A stretch of 64,000 bases of DNA from Candidatus Latescibacterota bacterium. GTDB taxonomy: Bacteria; Latescibacterota; UBA2968; GCA-2709665. Every line of letters starts with the position of its first letter. Within the stretch, counting starts at the first letter, position 1. This document shows positions 49,277-57,091 of the stretch, piece by piece. The DNA is taken from positions 365,574 to 429,573 of the forward strand of contig CAXXJS010000040.1 of NCBI GenBank assembly GCA_963662665.2, read 5' to 3'. The position numbers and the translations under genes were made by a program. The notes beneath the pieces are model-generated. The model was not told the origin of the DNA. It did not search any database and was given only the letters and a program-made list of their open reading frames with translations.

Positions 49277-49326
49277 TTAATTTTATTGCATTTGTTTAAT
49301 TGACGGGTAATTGACTGGAAACTCCT
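49277..49326 (+). repeat. 50-bp perfect direct repeat, right copy
   Basis: Identical to 47373-47422; ends 1 nt before the ATG at 49328. Confidence 0.92.
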
Positions 49327-49327
49327 A

Positions 49328-49535
49328 ATGAATAACGACACCACTGAACCCGGTCTTGAGACCCTCATCAATGAGGCGTTGGTCGGCGACCCGGACTACA
49401 AGACCGAGTCGGGGGATACGGGAGACCGGCTCGCAACGTATGACGTGGGGCGGCTTCACGGAGACGCTCAGGACTATGACCGTGAATATAGTATGGATTT
49501 GAATCAGCTTTCAATGTTTCTGGGTCTGACAGCCC
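49328..49535 (+). pseudogene. hsdR: N-terminal remnant of a type I restriction enzyme R subunit
   Basis: DTTEPGLETLI...GDAQDYDREYSMDLNQLSMFL resembles HsdR N-termini; similarity is lost after about 68 codons. Confidence 0.6.
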
Positions 49536-49819
49536 GTGGACTTCGAACTGCACACGACGTGTCCTCGTGTACGAACCCGACAGCGAACAACTCTTTACTT
49601 CACATCGATTGTTTCCCATATTAGACCGTGCCTTCGTCAGGGGCGCGGCCACGCGCCATGGCCGGCGAGGGCTTTACGCAGCGTCCGGTGTTCTGTCATC
49701 GGGACTGTTAATGTATCGCTGCCGCGCTATTTCGAATTGTTCTTCGGTCCGTATCCGCATCTTTGGCCGACGGTGCGGCGCCGAGGGTATCTTTACACCA
49801 ACTGACAGGAGGGAGAACC

Positions 49820-50140
49820 ATGGCCAATTACATGTACCGCACAAAATACACGCGGTCGGGTCTTGCTGGACTGCTCAAAGAGGGAGGCACCGGACGGCGG
49901 GAGGCTTTGAGGCAGACCGTGGAAGGGATGGGCGGCAAGCTGGAGGGCTTCTACTACGCGATGGGCGATGACGACCTCATCCTGATCGCCGACATTCCGG
50001 ATGAAGCCACTGCCGCATCCCTGGCACTCAACATCGCGGCGGCTGGCGCTCTGGAAGTCTCCACAACGGTCCTGTTATCGCCGGAGACCATCGACCAAGC
50101 GGTGAACAAGAGCGTGCCGTACCGCCTGCCTGGCGAGTGA
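49820..50140 (+). CDS. GYD domain protein
   Basis: YTRSGLAGL...GGKLEGFYYAMGDDDLILI...TTVLLSPE; AGGAGG RBS. Confidence 0.85.
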   Translation: MANYMYRTKYTRSGLAGLLKEGGTGRREALRQTVEGMGGKLEGFYYAMGDDDLILIADIPDEATAASLALNIAAAGALEVSTTVLLSPETIDQAVNKSVPYRLPGE

Positions 50141-50264
50141 CCGGGCAAAGCCTCACCACATCAGGATAACCGGAAGCCGGCACGGGAATCGCTGAGGCGC
50201 CGATGCGTGCTGAACGCCAATCCGAAAATGACCGGTCAATTCAACGGATTGTTTTGCCTATACG

Positions 50265-50292
50265 GGCCCCTTTTCGCATCTGAGAAGGGGCC
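50265..50292. terminator. Stem-loop, possible terminator
   Basis: GGCCCCTTTTC-GCATCT-GAGAAGGGGCC. Confidence 0.4.
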
Positions 50293-50333
50293 GGTTTCAT
50301 GTTTGGTGTGCTGGACTTCAGGTGGGGTGATTC

Positions 50334-52532
50334 ATGACGATAACGATTGACGGCCACGTCCGCGACGTCCAATCCGACCGCGGGCTTGCGAACGTCCCCG
50401 TTTCCAACGGGGAGCACGTGGTGCGAACGGATACCGACGGGCGCTACGCGCTGGAGGTCTCGCCGGGCGGGCACACGTTCATCTTCGTGACGGTACCCGA
50501 TGGCTTCCGGCCCGGTCAGGACTTCTACCGGTCGACGCTCGGATGGAACGGCCATCAGCGCGGGGTCGATTTCGAGCTCGCGAGGCTGCCGGACAGGCGC
50601 CAGCAAGCTTTTTCGATGGTCCATATCAGCGATACCCACGTGGTGCTGGACGAAGACAGGATTCAAGGTGAGATATTGTCGCAGGATTTGCGACAACTTG
50701 AACGGGAGGCCCATCCGGACGTGATCGTTGCGAGCGGCGACCTGACCGATTGGGGGACGCCTGACGAGCTCGAACAATTCCAGCGCGCCATCACAAGCGT
50801 CTCGACGCCGGTACTGCCCATGTTCGGCGGGCACGACGGCAATCAGGAGCGCTTCGGCGACCTGACGGTGGAAGAATTGGTCGCGTTGAAACACAGGAGG
50901 GAATACGCGAAGATCGAGGAGATCCTGAAGCAGCGCGACGGCTCTACGTTCACGCGCAACTACGAACAGTTTCTCGGCCCGACATATTACAGTTTCGACA
51001 GCGGATGCTGGCATTTTGTCCTCTATCCGAACGAGGATAAATTCTACTCGCCACCGGACCGGAAGCGGAAGGAGGAATGGCTTTGGGCGGACCTGGCGCA
51101 GCAGCCACAAGACCGGGAAATCGCCGTGTTCCTGCATACGCCACCGTCCATTCCTTTCCTGAATTCGTTGAACCGGTACCAGGTAAAGCTGGTCATGCAC
51201 GGGCATTGGCACTCCAGCAAGGTGTTCACCAGGGACGGGATTGTCGTCGCGACGGCGCCGCCGCTCTGTTTTGGCGGTCTGGATACACGCCCTCGTGGGT
51301 ATCGTATCGTTGAGTTTCAAGAGGAGGATTTCGCGTTCAGGCTAAGGCCTCTCACACGGGCTGCGAGCCCGTCTCCGCGTGAAGAGATGGTTCCGATTTC
51401 GCTCAACGGGGCGGGCAAGGATCTGCGGCTGCTCTGGACGCATCAGCTTCCGGCGGGGTTACACCGCGCGGCGCCGGTCCGTTCCGGCGATCGGATGCTC
51501 GTGAGCCTTGCGGACGAAGGATATCCCGCCCAAAACGGCGTCGCGTGCGTCGACGCTCGAAGCGGCGCGCTTGTATGGCGCGTAACTACGGACACAGCTG
51601 TCAAGAACAGCGCGGCTATCACCACCGCGTCAGACACTCCTGACGATGGGACCGATCTAACCGCGGCCGTGTCCGTTGCCGGGAGACTGTATATCATTGA
51701 AACCGGCTCGGGACGCATTCACTGGCAGGCCGACCTGCCCGGGTTTCCGGAACGGTGGATCTATGCTTCTCCGGTGATTGACGGCGAGACGGTGTACGCC
51801 GGAGGCAAAGCCGGTTTGGGCGCCTTTGACCTGAGATCCGGCGCGCAAGTGTGGTACACCGGAATTGAAGGAGGCGATGGGTGGCCGTGCTACGCGAGTC
51901 CTCAGATCTGCGGCGACCTGCTCATTCTGCTCGTCCAGCGGCGGGGGTTGATGGCGCTGGACAGGCATAGCGGAAAGGCGGTCTGGGAACGGACCATGGG
52001 CGTCGAGAATCCCTACGCGCGGCCTGTGGTGGACGGCGGCCTGCTGGTCACCGGCAGCGGCGCCCCGGATCTTCACTGGTATGGGGGCGAGCCGGCGCAT
52101 CTGGCGGTCCTGAGCGTCAGTACAGGCGAGGTTGTGTGGAAACGGGGCGTGCTTCCATCGCGGTATCCCACCGGGCTCGCGTTGCGGGATGACCGGTTGT
52201 ACGCGACAACGCCGGACGGCGAGGCATTCTGTTTCGACTTCCAATCGGGCGCGTTGTTGTGGCGCTTCCAGACAGGTAATGACCTGATGGACATGGTCCC
52301 GGCCCGCCGTGAGGTCCGATCCATCCTTGCGGGCCCGGTCATCTATAAGGACTGTCTGCTCATCTGCGGCGTGGACGGTTGCCTGTACGTCCTGAACGCA
52401 CGGACCGGCGGCTGCGTCAGCCGTATGGACCTGGGTTCGCCGATCGCGGCCGCGCCCTGTCTGACTGAAGACGGGTTCTGCGTGGGCGCGTATGACGGGC
52501 GACTATATTGTTTCGCTGAATGTGAGGGATAG
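50334..52532 (+). CDS. Metallophosphoesterase (with MetallophosN-like domain) fused to a PQQ-binding-like beta-propeller
   Basis: GLANVPVSNG, ISDTH, SGDLTD, GGHD, GHWH; C-terminal repeats ..D..SG...W. Confidence 0.85.
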   Translation: MTITIDGHVRDVQSDRGLANVPVSNGEHVVRTDTDGRYALEVSPGGHTFIFVTVPDGFRPGQDFYRSTLGWNGHQRGVDFELARLPDRRQQAFSMVHISDTHVVLDEDRIQGEILSQDLRQLEREAHPDVIVASGDLTDWGTPDELEQFQRAITSVSTPVLPMFGGHDGNQERFGDLTVEELVALKHRREYAKIEEILKQRDGSTFTRNYEQFLGPTYYSFDSGCWHFVLYPNEDKFYSPPDRKRKEEWLWADLAQQPQDREIAVFLHTPPSIPFLNSLNRYQVKLVMHGHWHSSKVFTRDGIVVATAPPLCFGGLDTRPRGYRIVEFQEEDFAFRLRPLTRAASPSPREEMVPISLNGAGKDLRLLWTHQLPAGLHRAAPVRSGDRMLVSLADEGYPAQNGVACVDARSGALVWRVTTDTAVKNSAAITTASDTPDDGTDLTAAVSVAGRLYIIETGSGRIHWQADLPGFPERWIYASPVIDGETVYAGGKAGLGAFDLRSGAQVWYTGIEGGDGWPCYASPQICGDLLILLVQRRGLMALDRHSGKAVWERTMGVENPYARPVVDGGLLVTGSGAPDLHWYGGEPAHLAVLSVSTGEVVWKRGVLPSRYPTGLALRDDRLYATTPDGEAFCFDFQSGALLWRFQTGNDLMDMVPARREVRSILAGPVIYKDCLLICGVDGCLYVLNARTGGCVSRMDLGSPIAAAPCLTEDGFCVGAYDGRLYCFAECEG

Positions 52533-52573
52533 GGACCCTCCGGTCGCGTATTTTGTGAAAAACGGGAGGAATC

Positions 52574-53578
52574 ATGGCATCGACAGTCCAATCACAACCC
52601 TGGGAACGGCCGGACTCACCCATCTTCAGCAATTCGCCGCCGCCGCAGCCGTGGATGAAGTGCAACATCTACTGCCCGCGCGTCATCTACGCCGAAGGCA
52701 AGTACCGCATGTGGTTTTCCGGATCGGCGGTGCGCCCGACGCTGTACAGAACGTGTATCGGATACGCCGAATCGGACGACGGCTATGTCTGGAGCCTTCA
52801 TCCGGACAATCCGATCCTGACGGCCGACAGTCTTTCGTGGGGTCAGAGCCTGAATACCCCCAGAGTGCTGTACGACGAGGACGAACAACATTACAAGATG
52901 TGGTTCCTGAGCACGACCCACGTGGAATACCGGGACGATGGTATTCTGGCGAAGAACATCAGTTCGGCCATGGGATATGCGACCAGCCGCGACGGACTGC
53001 GCTGGGAATTCTTGCAAGAACCCCTGATCCACGAATGCCGGGCGCCGTGCGTACGCAGGGAAGGCGGCCGGTATCGCATGTGGATGAATGCCAGGCCCAA
53101 CCCCGATGACTCGTGGGAAACGGCCTATGCGTACGTCTACGAATACGCGTCGGAGGATGGGATTGCATGGACGCGGCGTGAACACCCTGCGGTTCAGGCA
53201 ACGGGCAACACGAAGTCGTGCGTCTATCCGGAAGTTCATAAGATCAATGGGACCTATTACATGTGGCATATCGGACATCTGAAGAAGAAGGACGGGCCGA
53301 TGAATATGGTCTACCACGAGATCTTCTGCGATACGTCGACAGATGGAATTAACTGGACGTTGAATCACGAGACCCCCGCGTTTGCAGCCTCGCGGGATCT
53401 GGAACGTTTCGACTGGAAGACGGTATCGACGCCGTGCGTGGTGGATATCGGCGACACGTTGCGGCTGTATTACGCGGGGTGCAATCTGAAGACGAATTTC
53501 AATCTGTTCGAGGGCGGCGACAACGGCGAGGGGATGCATCTCGCCGTTGCGACAATGGCCAAAGACAGGCTATTATGA
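52574..53578 (+). CDS. Five-bladed beta-propeller protein, paralog C
   Basis: YCPRV, YAESDDG, HPDNPILT, YATSRDGL.W, PCV...YRMWMN, CVYP, STPCVV. Confidence 0.7.
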   Translation: MASTVQSQPWERPDSPIFSNSPPPQPWMKCNIYCPRVIYAEGKYRMWFSGSAVRPTLYRTCIGYAESDDGYVWSLHPDNPILTADSLSWGQSLNTPRVLYDEDEQHYKMWFLSTTHVEYRDDGILAKNISSAMGYATSRDGLRWEFLQEPLIHECRAPCVRREGGRYRMWMNARPNPDDSWETAYAYVYEYASEDGIAWTRREHPAVQATGNTKSCVYPEVHKINGTYYMWHIGHLKKKDGPMNMVYHEIFCDTSTDGINWTLNHETPAFAASRDLERFDWKTVSTPCVVDIGDTLRLYYAGCNLKTNFNLFEGGDNGEGMHLAVATMAKDRLL

Positions 53579-54534
53579 CTCAGGAACGATCGATGGGGCC
53601 GCGAGAGAACCCATGCATGAAGATTGACGCCGGAGTATCGAGTGCGATCACCACGTCCATGGATTTTCTTGAATCTGACGATATCTTCCACGTTCCGGAT
53701 CGGAACAGCCGGGTGAAGTGGACCGGGCCGTGGTGGCACATGGCGGCGCTGTACGAGATGGGGGAATCCGGGCGAATCCCGGAGTCGGCCGTCACCAGTG
53801 CGCTGAAACTGCTGAAGCATGGCGCGTGGCCGAGGTTCGTTGTCGACCCGTCTGATGCACCGCAAGCGGATTCCGACCGGGCGAAAATGGACTGTTGCCA
53901 CTGTGAATTGGGTGTATTTTACAAGATACTCGCGTCGCGCGGCTGCGACGTGGATGCCGAACTGCCCTGGATTCGGGAGTGGTTCCTTGGACACCAGTTA
54001 CCGGACGGCGGCCTGAACTGCTCGCCGGCAGCCTATTGCGGATCGGGAAAGAGTTCCATCGTATCCACGCTGCCTCCTCTGGAAGCTATTCTGTTCTTCA
54101 CGAACCGGAAATATACGGATGTTGAACAGAGATTCCTGGACGAGGGCGCGCGCTATCTCATCGAACATCGACTCGTCTGCTCGATAAAAGACAGCCGTGT
54201 TATCAACCCGGAGTGGCTGAAGCCGCTGTTTCCCCGCTTCTTCGAATACGACGTCCTGCGCGGGATGTTCTTTCTGGTGGAATGGTCCGGTCGAACCGGC
54301 CGGCCGCTCCCGGTTGAAGTGATCCAGAACGGCCTTGACCGGCTCCGTCCCCACGTCGGCCCGAACGGGGTCTTGATCGGAAGACGCGTGGACGATCTCA
54401 GCGGAGGATGGCACGGCCCCACGTTTCCTCTGATGGACTCGGTCGGAATTGTTGGTAAGGCATCACCGTACCTTTCGCGGCAACTGAACGCGGTGCTCCG
54501 GGCGGTTCGCAAGAAGGGTAGACGTGGGACGTGA
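53575..54534 (+). CDS. Hypothetical alpha/alpha-barrel protein with a QW-like prenyltransferase repeat
   Basis: KWTGPWW, WFLGHQLPDGGLNC, FPRFFEYDVLRG; ATGA overlap with upstream gene. Confidence 0.55.
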   Translation: MTQERSMGPRENPCMKIDAGVSSAITTSMDFLESDDIFHVPDRNSRVKWTGPWWHMAALYEMGESGRIPESAVTSALKLLKHGAWPRFVVDPSDAPQADSDRAKMDCCHCELGVFYKILASRGCDVDAELPWIREWFLGHQLPDGGLNCSPAAYCGSGKSSIVSTLPPLEAILFFTNRKYTDVEQRFLDEGARYLIEHRLVCSIKDSRVINPEWLKPLFPRFFEYDVLRGMFFLVEWSGRTGRPLPVEVIQNGLDRLRPHVGPNGVLIGRRVDDLSGGWHGPTFPLMDSVGIVGKASPYLSRQLNAVLRAVRKKGRRGT

Positions 54535-54607
54535 GAGATTGCGTGCCTTGCGAGGTTTCTTCTCATGCCGGAGGCAAGGAGGAATAACGGACCGGGCAAG
54601 GATTTCT

Positions 54608-54678
54608 TCTACCGTCTTACGTCTACCGTCTAACCGCATTTCGTCTACCGTCTAACCGCATTTCGTCTACCGTCTAAC
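54608..54678 (+). repeat. Heptamer-based tandem repeat (22-bp unit, about 2.6 copies)
   Basis: GTCTACCGTCTAACCGCATTTC at 54621 and 54643, partial at 54665. Confidence 0.85.
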
Positions 54679-54719
54679 TTCCATCCGATTCCAAAGATGG
54701 CACCGGAAAGGCCCATCCA

Positions 54720-55076
54720 ATGTTGGCAACGCGATATATCTTCTTTACTGATTACGTCGACCGCATGGTGTCGTTCTACCGGGACGTGATGCGGATGGCG
54801 GTCCTGGTGCCTCCGGAAGTAACGGATCACGACCCGAAAGGCTGGGTTCGACTGTCCAGCGGCGGGATGGAGATCGGCATCCACCGCGCTGGAAAGCCCG
54901 GTTGCGCAGGGCGGAATCGGAACAAGCTCGTCTTCATTGTCGAAGATGTCGGCGCTGCGCGCGAGGAACTCCGGAAAGCGGGAGTTCGCGTGGGAAAACA
55001 TCATGTCCTGTCGAAGTTTGAATGCTGCGACTTCAAGGATCCCGACGGAAACACGCTGCAGATTTCGAATCGGTAA
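54720..55076 (+). CDS. VOC (glyoxalase/bleomycin resistance) family protein
   Basis: FYRDVM, LVFIVEDV, FKDPDGNTLQI. Confidence 0.85.
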   Translation: MLATRYIFFTDYVDRMVSFYRDVMRMAVLVPPEVTDHDPKGWVRLSSGGMEIGIHRAGKPGCAGRNRNKLVFIVEDVGAAREELRKAGVRVGKHHVLSKFECCDFKDPDGNTLQISNR

Positions 55077-55084
55077 ACTCGGAA

Positions 55085-55178
55085 ATGGCCGGGCGCCCTC
55101 GAGGGACACTATACCCAGGGCAGCGAATTGGCGTTGCGGCCGATTGATTACGTACCGCAAACTGCCAGGTTGCAGTAC
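55085..55178. repeat. Composite REP (BIME-like) element, copy 3
   Basis: Starts ATGGCCGGGCGCCC as at 25340; ends GTACCGCAAACTG-C-CAGGTTGCAGTAC. Confidence 0.68.
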
Positions 55179-55231
55179 GGCCGCAGAGATGTCGAAGAAT
55201 CAAGGTTGATTGCGAAAAGCAGGAGGATCCC

Positions 55232-55648
55232 ATGGACGTTAGAGAAGTCGTCCCCTTTTTCGCGGTGAAAGACATGCAGAAATCACTGGCGTTCTACGTC
55301 GACGGACTGGGTTTCGAGATGGAAGGAAAGTGGGTGGACGAAGGCGTGATCAGATGGTGCATGTTGCGCATCGGCAAGGCGGCGGTGATGCTCCAGGAAT
55401 TCAGGACCGAAGGCCACGATTCGCGGCAATTCAGCGAAAACAAAGGCGAAGGTGTTTCGCTTTTCTTTTTTTGCGACGATGCCGTCGGATATTACAGAGA
55501 CATCAAATCTCGTGGCGTGGACGCCTCTGAACCGCAAGTCGGCAACAGAATGTGGGTCACGTCCGTTTCAGACCCCGACGGGTACAACTTATCCTTCGAA
55601 AGCGCCACGGATGTCCCGGAGGAGACGAAATTGTCGGATGTGGAATGA
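55232..55648 (+). CDS. VOC family protein
   Basis: VKDMQKSLAFYVDGLGF, DPDGYNLSF; AGGAGG RBS. Confidence 0.88.
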   Translation: MDVREVVPFFAVKDMQKSLAFYVDGLGFEMEGKWVDEGVIRWCMLRIGKAAVMLQEFRTEGHDSRQFSENKGEGVSLFFFCDDAVGYYRDIKSRGVDASEPQVGNRMWVTSVSDPDGYNLSFESATDVPEETKLSDVE

Positions 55649-55729
55649 AGGTGACGGGCTTCCGATCGATATCAGCAGTCGAAGTCGTCACGAACTGGAG
55701 GAAAGCCGGATGAGCACGGGAGACTCCGG

Positions 55730-56968
55730 ATGACCGACGCGGAGCTCGAAACGAAGGCGAACCGGATCCAGGGCGTCGTCGAGGACCACCTCGTGCAGGA
55801 TCACGGCATGCTGCCCATGCTGGTGCGCGCCGGCGATTATCAACTGCCGTCAGAGCAGGACTACCGCGGCGCGTACCGCCACCGGCACCTCCAGGGAAAG
55901 ACGGAGGCCGAAATTGGAATGCCGCCGATGCACGTCTGGCGAGCCTGGGAGAATACGCCCACGGACACGGCCTGGTATCTCGGGGCCATGAGTTACCGGT
56001 ACCGGTGTGACGGCGATCCCGGGATCCTGGCAATCTGCCGGCGCACGTTCGGGGCCCTCCGGTATATCCATGGACTCGGAGTGCAGAAGGGCGAGCGGGG
56101 ATACATGTGCAAGCCCTATGGCGGTGAGTACAGCAACCAGTCTTCCGGCGACCAGGTGCAGTGCATTCTGGTCGGGCTGGCCGCCTACCGACCCATTGCC
56201 CCACCCGAGGACCTCGCCGCTATCGACGAAATCCTGGTGGACATGGCCGAATTCGACATCAAGTGGAATTACGTCTCCCCTCATGGCTACTTCAGCTATA
56301 CCCATGAGTCCCTGGTGGCGTCCATTCTGGGCGAGAACTGGATCAACGCGACCTGGTCCTACGCCATCATCCATACCCCGCTGCTCTACCTGGCCTGGCA
56401 GGCCACCGGAGATCCGAAATATCTCGGAGAGATCAAGAGATGGTACGATGCCTGCGATACGAGCGTCCGGTTCGAACGCCACGCGGGAAAGCTGACCGGC
56501 GGAATCGGCTGGCGCGCGCTATACCTCCCGGCGCTGCTGATGGCGTTCGACCCGGGAAACCACCAACTGTGGCGTGGCCTGATGCTGCAGAACTACGATA
56601 TGGTTCGGTCCGGCATTCTGCCCAACGGGACGCAGGCTTACCGGTGGACCTTCGACGTGGAAAGCGGTGAACGGGAGATCCTCCCCGCCGCGTTATGGAG
56701 AGCGGGCCCTGCCACAACCGGCAGATCGGGCATCTTCGCCAGGGCTTGCGTCGCGGCGCAGCCGTGGTTTCCGGACGAGGCAATGGCGTCCACCGCCCGG
56801 CATATACTGGACAATCTGGATTTGGACACGTTTCGGTTTATCCTGCCGATGGAAGAAGGCCAGCCTGTGCCGCCGGAATGGGTCGTAGAGACGAGGCTGC
56901 TTGATATGGACAGCCTGACGGGGTGGCTGTGGGGATACTGGGAGGGCCGATGGCGCGGGTACTGGTAG
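55730..56968 (+). CDS. Hypothetical (alpha/alpha)6-barrel protein
   Basis: WENT..DTAWYL, SGDQ, LAWQATGDPKYL helical-toroid motifs. Confidence 0.5.
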   Translation: MTDAELETKANRIQGVVEDHLVQDHGMLPMLVRAGDYQLPSEQDYRGAYRHRHLQGKTEAEIGMPPMHVWRAWENTPTDTAWYLGAMSYRYRCDGDPGILAICRRTFGALRYIHGLGVQKGERGYMCKPYGGEYSNQSSGDQVQCILVGLAAYRPIAPPEDLAAIDEILVDMAEFDIKWNYVSPHGYFSYTHESLVASILGENWINATWSYAIIHTPLLYLAWQATGDPKYLGEIKRWYDACDTSVRFERHAGKLTGGIGWRALYLPALLMAFDPGNHQLWRGLMLQNYDMVRSGILPNGTQAYRWTFDVESGEREILPAALWRAGPATTGRSGIFARACVAAQPWFPDEAMASTARHILDNLDLDTFRFILPMEEGQPVPPEWVVETRLLDMDSLTGWLWGYWEGRWRGYW

Positions 56969-57091
56969 GAAAACTGGAGTTCTGCCGGGCCTTTTCGCCG
57001 TCACGAAACCGGCCAATCCGCAAATGAGTATGGTCACAGGACGGGGCAGACTGCAGCATATTGGACACCGATACAGTAACGGGAGGGTCTA

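Noticed and set aside
47373-49326. Prophage or ICE attL/attR
   Set aside because: No integrase, tRNA target or phage genes; only 1.9 kb enclosed
54608-54678. Possible CRISPR array
   Set aside because: Units are contiguous with no unique spacers, and there are no cas genes
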